Origin: Candidatus Eiseniibacteriota bacterium | GTDB lineage: Bacteria; Eisenbacteria; RBG-16-71-46 | Length of the DNA stretch: 64,000 bases | Assembly (NCBI GenBank): GCA_044222065.1 | Contig: JBGAOA010000012.1 | Span: 1 to 64,000, forward strand | Direction of reading: 5' to 3' | In this document: piece by piece, positions 49,172-58,731 of the stretch | Position numbering within the stretch: the first letter of the stretch is position 1 | Layout: every line of letters begins with the position of its first letter | Notes under the pieces: generated by a model | The model's database searches: none | Told to the model about the DNA's origin: nothing | The model's input: the letters and a program-made list of their open reading frames with translations, nothing else | Program-made: the position numbers and the translations under genes

Positions 49172-49741
49172 ATGATGCGCCTCGCCACCGTCCTTCTGCT
49201 CCTCGTTCTCGGCCTGCAGGTCGCCGAGCCCGCGTTCGCGCGGCGCGTCGTCGTGCACCGCGGTCCGCGCCGGACGACCGTCGTCGTCCACCGCGGCTGG
49301 CCGCTGCGCCGCCCGGCCCGCGTCGTCGTCGTGCGGCCCGCGCGCGTCGTCGTGCGCGTCGCTCCGGTGCGCTACCTCGCCCCGGTCGTCTGGACGGGCG
49401 TCGTCGTCGCCGCGGCGAGCGCGCCCGCGCACGACCTGCTCGTGTGGGAGGACGGCGAAACGCTTTCCAAGGGGGAGGACTGGACCGAGTTCACGCTGAA
49501 CTGCGACGCGCGCGGGACGAAGCTCTGGTACGAGGTCGTCGCCGGCAAAGTGCAGGCGGACTGGGCCGAGATCGTGTTCGAGAACGGTGACACGCAGGTC
49601 GTGGACTTCGCCGAGAAGACGAACGACGCGGGGCTCTACCCGCTGTTCGACTTCCGGGACGGCCGAAAGGTGGACCACGTCCGCATGGTCGCGCGCGCGA
49701 AGTCCGACGAAGCGCGCATCGTGCTCCGCATGGAGAAGTAG
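49172..49741 (+). CDS. Secreted hypothetical protein with Arg/Val-rich N-terminal repeats
   Basis: AGGAGG RBS; signal peptide; RRVVVHRG / VVVRPAR repeats; acidic beta-rich C-domain. Confidence 0.8.
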   Translation: MMRLATVLLLLVLGLQVAEPAFARRVVVHRGPRRTTVVVHRGWPLRRPARVVVVRPARVVVRVAPVRYLAPVVWTGVVVAAASAPAHDLLVWEDGETLSKGEDWTEFTLNCDARGTKLWYEVVAGKVQADWAEIVFENGDTQVVDFAEKTNDAGLYPLFDFRDGRKVDHVRMVARAKSDEARIVLRMEK

Positions 49742-49892
49742 CGGCGCGCGACCGGGCGGGGCGCCGCGCCCCGCCCCGCAGATTTGACGCGTGCTGAACC
49801 GCGCGGGCGTGCGCGGGCGCGAAGCTGCCGATGGACGCCGGAGCGGACGGCGACGGATCGCCGGGGCTTCGACGCCGGCCGGAGAACTTCCG

Positions 49893-50927
49893 ATGACGCA
49901 CGCGTCCCCGCCCGAAGCGAAACGTGCGACCGAGGCGCGGCTCGAACTGCCCGTGGACGCGCGCTACCGCTCGCTCGCGGGCTCGCTCGCGCGGCTTCTC
50001 GGGGTGGACGGCGCGCTCGTCGCGCTGCGGCCCTCGGTTCACGGTGTGCCGCTCAGGGACGCCTCGCGCCGTCCGCCGCCCGTCGCCGCGCTCGCGCTCT
50101 GGGCGATCGCGCGCGGCGAGCCGGTGCACGTCGCGGACGTCGCGCGCGATGCTCGGCTGCGCGCTCAGCCGGGCGTCGAGGGCTCTCCGCGCGTGCGCTT
50201 CTTCGCGAGCGAGCCCCTGCACGGAGACGGCGCCCGGGCGATCGGCGCGCTGTGCGCGTGGGACGCCCGTCCGCGCTCGCTCGAGCCGCGCGAGGTCGAG
50301 CTGATGCGCGACTTCGCGCGCTGGGCCGAGAGCGTCGTGCGCGCCGACCATCTCGCCGAGGCCCAGCGCGAACTGCTCGGCGAGCGCCGCCGGCTGCGGG
50401 AGCGCGCGACGCACGATCCGCTCACGCACCTCTGGAACCGCGAGGAGATCCTGCACGCGCTCGAGCGCGAGCTGGCGCGGACCGCGCGCGGCCAGGGGCC
50501 GCTGTCCCTGATGCTCGTGGACGTGGATCACTTCAAGCGCGTGAACGACCGCCACGGACACCTGCACGGCGACCTCGTGCTGCGCGAAGTGGCCGCGCGC
50601 CTCGCCGACAGCGTGCGGCGCTACGACGCCGTCGGGCGCTACGGCGGGGACGAGTTCGTGGCGGTGCTGCCCGGTTGCTCGCTCGCCGCCGCGCACGCGC
50701 TCGCGGAGCGGCTGCGCGCCCTGCTCGGCCGCCGCACGATCCGCGCCGGCCGGAACGTGCTGCGCATTCAGGTGAGCGCAGGCGTCGCGACGAGCGTGGG
50801 CGCGTCGGTCGGCGCCGCCGAACTGCTCGCCGCGGCCGACCGCGCGCTCTATCGCGCGAAGTCGCTCGGGCGCGACCGCGTCGAGGACGAGCCCGACGTG
50901 GCGCCCTCCGCGCGCGCGCGCCGCTGA
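49893..50927 (+). CDS. GAF-GGDEF diguanylate cyclase
   Basis: VRFFASEPL..IGALC (GAF); HDPLT, DVDHFKRVND, RRYD I-site, RYGGDEF. Confidence 0.92.
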   Translation: MTHASPPEAKRATEARLELPVDARYRSLAGSLARLLGVDGALVALRPSVHGVPLRDASRRPPPVAALALWAIARGEPVHVADVARDARLRAQPGVEGSPRVRFFASEPLHGDGARAIGALCAWDARPRSLEPREVELMRDFARWAESVVRADHLAEAQRELLGERRRLRERATHDPLTHLWNREEILHALERELARTARGQGPLSLMLVDVDHFKRVNDRHGHLHGDLVLREVAARLADSVRRYDAVGRYGGDEFVAVLPGCSLAAAHALAERLRALLGRRTIRAGRNVLRIQVSAGVATSVGASVGAAELLAAADRALYRAKSLGRDRVEDEPDVAPSARARR

Positions 50928-51016
50928 CGCCCGCTCGCCTGCCGGGGTCTGGCGCCGCCCGGGTCGGGCGGGTAGCATCCGCGCTCCTCGACCCTCATCC
51001 CGGAGGTTTCGCGTCC

Positions 51017-52585
51017 ATGGATCCCAAGGTTCTCGAACTCGCGCGGCAGACCTTTCCTCCGCCCGCCGGCGTGACGCTCGGCGCCGTCGTCCACGGCGGC
51101 GAGTGCCACCCCGAACCGCTCGTGCAGGTGCCGCTCGGCATGCTCACGCGCCACGGCCTGATCGCGGGCGCGACCGGGACCGGCAAGACGAAGACGCTGC
51201 AGCTCGTGGCGGAGCAGCTCTCGAACGCCGGCGTGCCGGTGTTCCTCGCCGACGTGAAGGGCGACCTCGCGGGGATCGGCGCGCCGGGCGAGGCGAGCGA
51301 CAAGGTGAACCAGCGCGCGAAGGACACGGGGTTCACGTGGAAGCCGGCGTCGTTCCCGGTCGAGTACCTGAGCCTGACGGGGAAGAAGGGCGCGCAGCTG
51401 CGGGCGACCGTCTCGAGCTTCGGACCGCTGCTGCTCGCGAAGGTGCTCGGGCTCAACGCGACCCAGTCGAGCGTGCTCGCGCTCGTCTTCAAGTACTGCG
51501 ACGACCGCAAGCTCCCGCTGCTCGACTTCTCGGACCTGCGCGCCGTGCTGCAGCACCTCACGGGCGACGGCGCCGCCGAGCTCAAGGACTACGGCGGCAT
51601 GTCGAAGGCCACGGTCGGCGTGCTGCTGCGCGAAATGGTCGAACTCGAGCAGCAGGGCGCCGAGGCGTTCTTCGGCGAGCCCGAGTTCGAGCTCGAGGAC
51701 CTGCTGCAGATCGAGCGCGACGGCCGCGGGCTCGTGTCGGTGCTGGAACTCACCGACGTGCAGGACAAGCCGGCGCTCTACTCCACGTTCCTCATGTGGA
51801 TGCTTGCGCGGCTCTACCTCGAGCTGCCCGAGGCGGGTGATCTCGACAAGCCGAAGCTCGTGTTCTTCTTCGACGAGGCGCACCTGCTGTTCGACGGCGC
51901 GAGCAAGGACTTCCTCGCGCAAGTCGAGCAGGTCGTGCGGCTCATTCGCTCGAAGGGCGTCGGCGTGTTCTTCATCACGCAGAGCCCGAAGGACGTGCCG
52001 GCCGACGTGCTCGGCCAGCTCGGCAACCGCGTGCAGCACGCGCTGCGCGCGTTCACGCCCGACGACGAGCAGGCGCTGCGCGCCGCCGCGCGCACGTTCC
52101 CGAAGACCGACTTCTACGAGATCGAGCGCACGCTCACCTCGCTCGGCATCGGCGAGGCGCTCGTCACGGTGCTCAACTCGAACGGCGCCCCGACGGCGCC
52201 GTTCGCGACGCGCCTCGTGCCGCCGGCCTCGCGCATGGGGCCGCTCACGGACGCCGAGTTCCAGCAGCGGCTCGCGGCGTCCGCGCAGGTGAAAGAGTAC
52301 GCGCAGGCGGTGGACCGCGAGAGCGCGCGCGAACTCCTCGCCGCGCGCATGACGCACGACGCCGCGGGGCAGGGGGGCGACGCGAAGGAGGTCGCGCAGG
52401 ACGAACGCGCGGCGCCGGCCGAGGCGACGCCGTCGGCGCTCGAGTCGCTCGCCGGCGCGCTCAACTCGCCGATCGTCAAGACGATCGCCGGCCGCGCGAC
52501 GACGCAGGTGATGCGCGGGCTCATGGGGGCGCTGCTCGGACCCACGCCGCGGCGCCGGACGACGCGCCGCCGCGGCCTCTTCTGA
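51017..52585 (+). CDS. HerA-like / DUF853 (YjgR-type) ATPase
   Basis: RHGLIAGATGTGKT, DVKGDL, FFDEAH, RLIRSKGVG, QLGNRVQHALRAFTP. Confidence 0.93.
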   Translation: MDPKVLELARQTFPPPAGVTLGAVVHGGECHPEPLVQVPLGMLTRHGLIAGATGTGKTKTLQLVAEQLSNAGVPVFLADVKGDLAGIGAPGEASDKVNQRAKDTGFTWKPASFPVEYLSLTGKKGAQLRATVSSFGPLLLAKVLGLNATQSSVLALVFKYCDDRKLPLLDFSDLRAVLQHLTGDGAAELKDYGGMSKATVGVLLREMVELEQQGAEAFFGEPEFELEDLLQIERDGRGLVSVLELTDVQDKPALYSTFLMWMLARLYLELPEAGDLDKPKLVFFFDEAHLLFDGASKDFLAQVEQVVRLIRSKGVGVFFITQSPKDVPADVLGQLGNRVQHALRAFTPDDEQALRAAARTFPKTDFYEIERTLTSLGIGEALVTVLNSNGAPTAPFATRLVPPASRMGPLTDAEFQQRLAASAQVKEYAQAVDRESARELLAARMTHDAAGQGGDAKEVAQDERAAPAEATPSALESLAGALNSPIVKTIAGRATTQVMRGLMGALLGPTPRRRTTRRRGLF

Positions 52586-52610
52586 ACGTGCGCGCCGCGG
52601 GACGCGGGCT

Positions 52611-52639
52611 TGGACAAGTCCCGCGCCGTCGGCTATAAA
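52611..52639 (+). promoter_or_regulatory. Sigma70 promoter of tRNA-Ala
   Basis: TGGACA-N17-TATAAA. Confidence 0.7.
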
Positions 52640-52670
52640 CGTCGCCTCCCGCGCGCCGGGAGACCCATTC

Positions 52671-52746
<76 letters not shown>

Positions 52747-52754
52747 CTTTCGCG

Positions 52755-52781
52755 AGCCCGCCGCCACCGCGGCGGGCTTTT
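52755..52781 (+). terminator. Intrinsic terminator after tRNA-Ala
   Basis: AGCCCGCCGC-CACC-GCGGCGGGCT followed by TTT. Confidence 0.8.
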
Positions 52782-52797
52782 CGCTGCGCTCCGCGGC

Positions 52798-53745
52798 GTG
52801 ACGGCCGGCGCGCTGATCGCCGCCGCCGCTGCGTGCTCCGCGCACGCCGCGCCGCCTCCGGCGCCCGCAGCGCTCGAATTCGGTGACGCGTTCTGGAAGC
52901 ACTGGGGCGACGGCCGCGCCGAACTCGCGGGCTACGACCTCGTCTACCCGCGCTACGGCGAGCTGCGCCGCGGCACCGCGGTCGCGATCTTCGTCACCGA
53001 GACGTTCTCGAACGCGCTGCGCGTCAAGTCCGATCCCGGCAAGCACCCGGCCGCGGACGAGTTCCCGGTGATGAAGCTCAACCTCGTGCAGGATTTCCCG
53101 ACTGGGATCTACGACTACCAGCTCATGACGAGCGCGTTCGCGGCGCTCGCGCCCGTGAACGGGCGCCCCGCGGGCTCGCTCACCAAGGTGACGTTCTCGG
53201 CGCAGGAGTGGTGCGGGCAGGCATTCGCCGAAGCGCTGTTCGACGCGCGCTCGCTGCGGCTCGTCTCGCACAGCTACTTCGACGGCGAGGCCGACCGCGA
53301 AGAGACGATCGCGGCCGCTCCGGGCGCGCTGCTCGAGGACGCGCTGCCGATGTGGGCGCGCGGCTTCCTGGGCCCCGCGCTCGCGCCCGGAGCGCACACC
53401 TCGGCGAGCGTGCTGCGGGGCCTCGAAGAGGCGCGGCTGCTCCATCGTCCGGTCGTCGCGCGCGAAGCGGCGTTCACGCGCTCGGCGGCGACGCACCGCG
53501 TGACGGTGCCCGCCGGCACGTTCGAGACCGAGACGCGCACGGTCGCGATCCGCGACGGCCGCACGTGGACGTTCGAAGTCGAGCGCGCCGCGCCGCACCG
53601 GCTCGTGCGCTGGTCGTCGAGCGACGGGCACCGCGCCGAACTCCTCGGCACCGAGCGGCTGCGCTACTGGGAGATGAACGGCGGCGAGTTCCGCGGCGCG
53701 GTCGCGAAGCTCGGACTCACGCCCCGGCCGGAGCGGACGCCGTGA
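52798..53745 (+). CDS. Conserved hypothetical exported protein
   Basis: Ala-rich leader; W.DG.AEL..Y.L, RYGE.R.G, IFVTE.F, TGIYDY, QEWCG, R.RYWE motifs; start uncertain. Confidence 0.75.
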   Translation: MTAGALIAAAAACSAHAAPPPAPAALEFGDAFWKHWGDGRAELAGYDLVYPRYGELRRGTAVAIFVTETFSNALRVKSDPGKHPAADEFPVMKLNLVQDFPTGIYDYQLMTSAFAALAPVNGRPAGSLTKVTFSAQEWCGQAFAEALFDARSLRLVSHSYFDGEADREETIAAAPGALLEDALPMWARGFLGPALAPGAHTSASVLRGLEEARLLHRPVVAREAAFTRSAATHRVTVPAGTFETETRTVAIRDGRTWTFEVERAAPHRLVRWSSSDGHRAELLGTERLRYWEMNGGEFRGAVAKLGLTPRPERTP

Positions 53746-53788
53746 GCGCGGAGCGTTCCGCGCTTCGGGCGGCGCGCGGGGCGCACGC

Positions 53789-54169
53789 GTGAGCGAAACG
53801 ACGGCGCCCGACGTCACGGCGCTCCCGCGCGCCGAACTCCGCCAGAAGCTCGCGGCCGCGGAGCGCGCGCGCGGCCGCGCGTTCCTCCCGCTCGCCGTAT
53901 GGGCGGTGCTCGGCGGCTTCGGCCAGCTCGCGCTCATCCGCGTGCTCGACGCGCGGCTGCCGCACGCACGCGCGACGCTCGTCGAAGGCCTCGTCTTTCT
54001 CGCCTACCTCGCCGCCTTCCTCGCGATCGGGGCCTTCGCGCTCGCGCGCGTCCGGCGCTTCAAGGTCGCGTGTCCGGCGTGCGGCAAGGCGCTCGAGGGA
54101 ACGAGCGCCGAGATCGCGATGGCGAGCGGCCGCTGCCCGGGCTGCGGCGCGATCGTCGCGCGCGACTAG
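53789..54169 (+). CDS. Small two-TM protein with C-terminal zinc ribbon
   Basis: Two hydrophobic segments, then CPACG and CPGCG. Confidence 0.75.
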   Translation: MSETTAPDVTALPRAELRQKLAAAERARGRAFLPLAVWAVLGGFGQLALIRVLDARLPHARATLVEGLVFLAYLAAFLAIGAFALARVRRFKVACPACGKALEGTSAEIAMASGRCPGCGAIVARD

Positions 54170-54195
54170 ACGCCGTTCGAAAACTCGATTGCGGG

Positions 54196-54336
54196 ACCCG
54201 CCTTCGGCGGGCGCCCGGCTCGGTCGTTCGTCACGGCGGAGCATCCTGCGGATACACCTCCGGGGTACCCACGCGAAGCGTGGGTCGCACTTCCTCGCCG
54301 CCTTGCACTCGGGTTCTCGAACGGAGCCCAGGCGCC
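54196..54336. ncRNA. Candidate structured RNA of unknown family
   Basis: Nested helices GGCGCC/GGCGCC, GGCTC/GAGCC, CGTTCG/CGAACG, GGCGG/CCGCC, TGCG/CGCA capped by two hairpins, filling a convergent intergenic region. Confidence 0.5.
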
Positions 54337-54343
54337 GTTCACT

Positions 54344-54931
54344 TCAGGACGCGTGCGCGGGCGCACCGCCCGCCGGCGCGTCCGCCGGAGCGAGCGCGTG
54401 CCGCAGCGTCGCGCGCGTTTCCGCGCTCCACCAGTCCACGCGTCCCGGTTGCGCGACGAGCACGCGGCCCGACGCGTCGAGCAGGTACGTGTACGGCACG
54501 CTCGGACACGGCAGCGCGCCCGCGAGCAGGCGGTCGTGGTCGAGCACGATGTCGAGCGTGAGGCGCCGGCGGCCCGCCCAGCGGGCGAGCGACGGATAGG
54601 GATCGAAGCACACGATCGTGACGCCGAGCGATTCGAGTTCGGGGTCGCGGCGCAGCGAGTCGAGCAGCGCCGCCTGCGCGCTCGCGTTCTCCTCCCACAT
54701 CGCGAAGTAGTGGACGAGCCGCGGGCGGCCGTCGGTCGCGAGCGCGCGGACGCCGACCGGCACCGCCGGCAGCGCGACCGCGAAGCGCACGAGGCGCTGC
54801 GCCGAGTCGGGAAGCAGCGCGAGCGGGCGTTCGTGCTCACCCGGCTTCTGCACGACGAACAGCTCGGCGCGCCACGCCCACACGGCGAACGCGGCGACGA
54901 GCGCGAGCAGCAGCAGGACGCGCGGCTTCAG
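54344..54931 (-). CDS. Membrane-anchored TlpA/ResA-like thioredoxin-fold protein lacking CxxC
   Basis: N-terminal TM; LVHYFAMWEENA in place of WCxxC; VLD, VPYTYLLDASGRV; start uncertain (CTG overlapping the cstA stop). Confidence 0.7.
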   Translation of the reverse strand: MKPRVLLLLALVAAFAVWAWRAELFVVQKPGEHERPLALLPDSAQRLVRFAVALPAVPVGVRALATDGRPRLVHYFAMWEENASAQAALLDSLRRDPELESLGVTIVCFDPYPSLARWAGRRRLTLDIVLDHDRLLAGALPCPSVPYTYLLDASGRVLVAQPGRVDWWSAETRATLRHALAPADAPAGGAPAHAS

Positions 54932-56781
54932 GGCAGCCCCGCGGGCGCCGGCGCCGGGTCGCCCGCGCGCCGCGGGCGCGCGAACGCGCGCAGCCAGCGG
55001 AGCACGCTGTCCACCACGACGACGACGAGCATCGCCATCACGACCAGCGTCACGACACACTGCACGCGCGCCGGGGCCGGGGCGGCGAGGAACGCCCGCC
55101 ACAGCGAGCCCGCGCCGGCCACGAGCTGCGGGCGCAGGTAGTTCACCGACAGGTTCATCCAGCCGGCGGTGAGCGTGTTGACGATCATGAACGCGAGCGG
55201 CCCGATCGTGCACCAGGCGTAGCGGCCCTTGCCCGAGTTGATGAGCACCGACGTGCCGATCGCGAGCGCGAACGCGGCGAGCATCTGGTTGCACACGCCG
55301 AGGAGCGGCCACACGCTGCTCACCGTTCCCGTCCACACGAAGTAGCCCCACGCGGCCGTCGCGAGCGCGCTGAAGAGCACGGTCGGCGCGAGGCCGCGCC
55401 ACTCGCGCAGGACCGGCGCCGCCATGCCGCCGACCTCCTGCAGCATGTAGCGCATGACGCGCGTGCCCGTGTCCACGAGCGTCAGCACGAACAGCGCCTC
55501 GAACATGATCGCGAAGTGGTACCAGAACGACATGAGCCCGCGGAGGAACGGCAGGCCCGAGAAGATCTGCGCCATGCCGACCGCGAGCGACACCGCGCCG
55601 CCCGGCCGGCCGGCGAGCTTCTCGCCGACCTCGGCCTCGAGCGCGAGCAGGTTCTGCACCTGCAGGCCGAGCCCGGCGAACACGTCCGGGCGGCAGTTGA
55701 TCGCGAAGTAGTCCGCGGGGTGGAGCGCGCACGCGGCGACGAGCGCGATCACGCCGACGAAGCCCTCGAGCACCATCGCGCCGTACGAGATCGGCAGCAC
55801 GTCGCGCTCGCGCGCGATCATCTTCGGCGTCGTGCCCGACGCGATGAGCGAGTGGAAGCCCGAGATCGCGCCGCACGCGATCGTGATGAACACGTACGGC
55901 AGGATCGGCCCCGGGAACACCGGGCCGCCGGCGGCGAACTGCGGATTGAAGGCCGGCATGCGCAGCGCCGGGTTCACGAGCACGACGCCGAGCGCGAGCA
56001 GCAGCACGGCGCCGATCTTGAGGAACGACGACAGGTAGTCGCGCGGACACAGCAGCAGCCATACGGGCAGCACCGAAGCGACGAAGCCGTACGCCATGAT
56101 CGCCGCCGCGAGCGGCTTCTCGCCGTGCAGGAAGAAGCGCTCGAGCGGCGAGCCCGGAATGCGCGATCCGAGCCACACGACGAACAGCAGCAGCACGACT
56201 CCGATGATCGTCGACGCGCGCACCGCGCCGGGGCGGATGCGGTAGTTCCACACGCCCATGCCGAGCGCGATCGGCACGGTGCACAGGATCGAGAACGCGC
56301 CCCAGGCGCTGCCCTTGAGCGAGTTCACGACGACGATCGCCATGGCGGCGACCGCGACCATCATGACGAACACGATCGCGACCGCGGTCGCTCCACCCGT
56401 GAGCGGGCTCACCTGGTCGCGCGCGATGTTCGCGAGCGAGCGCCCGCCCGAGCGCACCGACGCGAGCAGGATCACGAAGTCGTGCACGCCGCCCGCGAGC
56501 ACGGAGCCGACGAGCAGCCACAGGAAGCCGGGCAGGTAGCCGAACTGCGCGGCGAGCACCGGGCCGAGCAGCGGACCCGCGCCGGCGATCGCCGCGAAGT
56601 GGTGGCCGAACAGCACCCAGCGGTTCGTCGGCACGTAGTCACGGCCGTCGGCGAGCGTGTGCGCCGGCGTGCGCCGCAGGTCGTCGAGCGTCGCCACCTT
56701 CGCCGCGAGGAACGCTCCGTACGTGCGGTAGGCGATGATCGCGACGAGCGCCGAAACGACGACGAGGTAGAGAGCGGGCAC
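54928..56781 (-). CDS. cstA: Carbon starvation protein A (peptide/pyruvate transporter)
   Basis: DGRDYVPT, FGHHFAAIAGAGPLLGP, LPVWLLLCPRDYLS, TIACGAISGFH, FEALF.LT..DTGTR. Confidence 0.96.
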   Translation of the reverse strand: MPALYLVVVSALVAIIAYRTYGAFLAAKVATLDDLRRTPAHTLADGRDYVPTNRWVLFGHHFAAIAGAGPLLGPVLAAQFGYLPGFLWLLVGSVLAGGVHDFVILLASVRSGGRSLANIARDQVSPLTGGATAVAIVFVMMVAVAAMAIVVVNSLKGSAWGAFSILCTVPIALGMGVWNYRIRPGAVRASTIIGVVLLLFVVWLGSRIPGSPLERFFLHGEKPLAAAIMAYGFVASVLPVWLLLCPRDYLSSFLKIGAVLLLALGVVLVNPALRMPAFNPQFAAGGPVFPGPILPYVFITIACGAISGFHSLIASGTTPKMIARERDVLPISYGAMVLEGFVGVIALVAACALHPADYFAINCRPDVFAGLGLQVQNLLALEAEVGEKLAGRPGGAVSLAVGMAQIFSGLPFLRGLMSFWYHFAIMFEALFVLTLVDTGTRVMRYMLQEVGGMAAPVLREWRGLAPTVLFSALATAAWGYFVWTGTVSSVWPLLGVCNQMLAAFALAIGTSVLINSGKGRYAWCTIGPLAFMIVNTLTAGWMNLSVNYLRPQLVAGAGSLWRAFLAAPAPARVQCVVTLVVMAMLVVVVVDSVLRWLRAFARPRRAGDPAPAPAGLP

Positions 56782-56876
56782 GCGAGCCTCCGGCGGGACG
56801 ACGGTGAGCGGCGCAGTCTAGCGCCGCGCCGACGAGGCTCGCGAGACGAAAGTGCGGGCCTCTCTCGCGGGGGCGA

Positions 56877-57674
56877 TCAGTCGGCGAGCGCGGTGCGCGG
56901 CAGCCGGCGCAGCGCGCGCGCGGTGTGCCACGCGAGTCCGTACGCGGCGAGCAGCACGCTCGCGGTGCGCAGGCCGTAGACGACGATCACGAACGCCGAC
57001 GGCACCCACGCGTCGGGGCGCGCGAGTTCGCCTAGCGGCGTGCCGAGCGCGTTCCACGCGACGGCGGCCGGCACGGCGACGAGCGCGGCGAGCACGAACG
57101 CGCGCACGGAGGCCGGCGCCGGCGGGTCTGCGGCGGGCGCCGGGCGCGAGAGCGCGGAACGGGCGGAGGCGGCGATCACGAGCAGCCCGAGCAGCGAGCT
57201 GCCGTGCTGGAGCAGCCGCGCGACGCTGACCGGCATGCCCGAAAGCGTGAAGACGGTCGTCTGGAAGACGGGCCAGTGGCGCACGAGCGCGCTCGTCTCG
57301 TGCGTGAACGAGTCCCACAGCAGGTGCGTGACGGCGCCGAGCAGCAGCGACGCGACGATCGAGGCCGCAGGGCGATCGGGCAGGCCGCCGGCGGTCCAGC
57401 GCGCGACCCGCCGCGCGAGGGAGTCCGGGAGCAGCGTCGCGAGCGGCCGCTTGAACACGAGATGGAACGCGACGAACAGGGCGGCCGAGGCCGGGAGGCA
57501 ATAGCCGAACAGCCCCGGCAGGCTGTGACTCTCGACGCGCGGCACCGTCACGGGCGCGAAGTAGGCGAGGTCGGGCGCGAGGCTGCCGGCGACGAGCGCC
57601 GACAGCACGAACGCGTTCGGCCAGCGTCGCGCGATCGGCAAGACGGCGGCGGGATGGGAGAGCGTGAACGGCAT
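56877..57674 (-). CDS. DUF4184 family membrane protein
   Basis: MPFTLSHPAAVLP, GSLAPDL.YF, THLLWDSFTH, LQHGSS. Confidence 0.9.
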   Translation of the reverse strand: MPFTLSHPAAVLPIARRWPNAFVLSALVAGSLAPDLAYFAPVTVPRVESHSLPGLFGYCLPASAALFVAFHLVFKRPLATLLPDSLARRVARWTAGGLPDRPAASIVASLLLGAVTHLLWDSFTHETSALVRHWPVFQTTVFTLSGMPVSVARLLQHGSSLLGLLVIAASARSALSRPAPAADPPAPASVRAFVLAALVAVPAAVAWNALGTPLGELARPDAWVPSAFVIVVYGLRTASVLLAAYGLAWHTARALRRLPRTALAD

Positions 57675-57771
57675 GGCGGAAGAGACTACACGCGCCGCGC
57701 GGCGATCGGTGACGGAAAACGCGCGCGCGAGGGCCGCCGACGCGAAGTCTGACCGCTTCCGGACATCGGGC

Positions 57772-58731
57772 TCAGGCCGCGCGGGTCTCGCCGGCCGCGG
57801 GTTCCTCGGCGGTCGCGTACAGCGCCAGGAACACGTCCACGACCCGGGGATCGAACTGCGTGCCGCTGCACTCGCGGATGATGCGCACCGCTTCGGCCGG
57901 GGTGCGGCCGCGCCGGTAGGCGCGGTCGGAAACGATCGCGTCGTACGTATCGGCGACCGCGATGATGCGCGCTCCGATCGGGATGTCCTCGCCCTGGAGG
58001 CCCTTGTAGCCCGTGCCGTCCCAGCGCTCGTGGTGGTACGCGACCATCGGGATGACGTGCCGCAGGATTCCGCCCATCGAGCGCACGAGCCGCTCGCCGG
58101 TGTCCACGTGGCTGCGCATCTCGTCCATCTCGGCGGGCGTGAGGCCCGCGGCCTTGCGCAGCACTTCGCCGCTCACCTCGATCTTGCCGATGTCGTGCAG
58201 GTAGGCGCCGACGCGGATGTCCTCGATCTCGTTCTCGCCGAGCCCGAGCGCGCGCGCCATCTCGACCGCGTAGCTCGCGACGCGGCGCGAGTGGTTCTCG
58301 GTGTAGCGGTCCACCGAGTCGATGAACTTCGACATCAGCTCGAGGATGCCCTGGTACGCCTCGCCGAGGTCCTTGAGCTGGCGCTCCTTCTGTTCGTAGA
58401 GCGAACCGACCAGGTACGACGTCAGGACGAGGAAGCAGCCCCACGTGCCGATGTCGAGCCATCGCATCCACGCCTCGGTGTCGTTGCCGCCGAACTGGTG
58501 ACGGTCGAAGAACGCGACGCAGAACACGAAGAAGCACGCGAGCACCGCCGAGTACACGCCGCGGCGGACGCCCATCGTGTACGCGCCGAACACGACCGGC
58601 AGGTAATAGAAGTTGAGGAACGCGCGCTGGTTCATCACGAAGTGATGGATGATCGCCGTCACGGACACGAGTCCGAGCAGCACGAGCAGCCCGCGGTTCA
58701 CCGCCCACAGCCGCCGGATCTGCGCGGTCAC
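57772..58731 (-). CDS. Membrane HD-GYP phosphodiesterase
   Basis: N-terminal TM helices; HSRRV, LHDIGK, HHERWDGTGYKGL, RIIAVADTYD, GTQFDP; GTGA overlap with upstream ATPase. Confidence 0.9.
   Translation of the reverse strand: MTAQIRRLWAVNRGLLVLLGLVSVTAIIHHFVMNQRAFLNFYYLPVVFGAYTMGVRRGVYSAVLACFFVFCVAFFDRHQFGGNDTEAWMRWLDIGTWGCFLVLTSYLVGSLYEQKERQLKDLGEAYQGILELMSKFIDSVDRYTENHSRRVASYAVEMARALGLGENEIEDIRVGAYLHDIGKIEVSGEVLRKAAGLTPAEMDEMRSHVDTGERLVRSMGGILRHVIPMVAYHHERWDGTGYKGLQGEDIPIGARIIAVADTYDAIVSDRAYRRGRTPAEAVRIIRECSGTQFDPRVVDVFLALYATAEEPAAGETRAA

Noticed and set aside
49805..49835. GCCGATGG upstream of the GGDEF gene as a fourth sigma28 site
   Set aside because: No TCAA/TAA-like -35 box at the 15-nt spacing.
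51017..52585. HerA-like ATPase as an anti-phage defence system
   Set aside because: It is the widespread stand-alone DUF853/YjgR type with no adjacent nuclease or Sir2 partner.
54280..54340. HDV-like ribozyme (TTCCTCG) or ZTP riboswitch (CGCCTGGGC) in the structured element
   Set aside because: The required P3 pairing and the upstream aptamer half are absent, and the element is not in a 5' leader.
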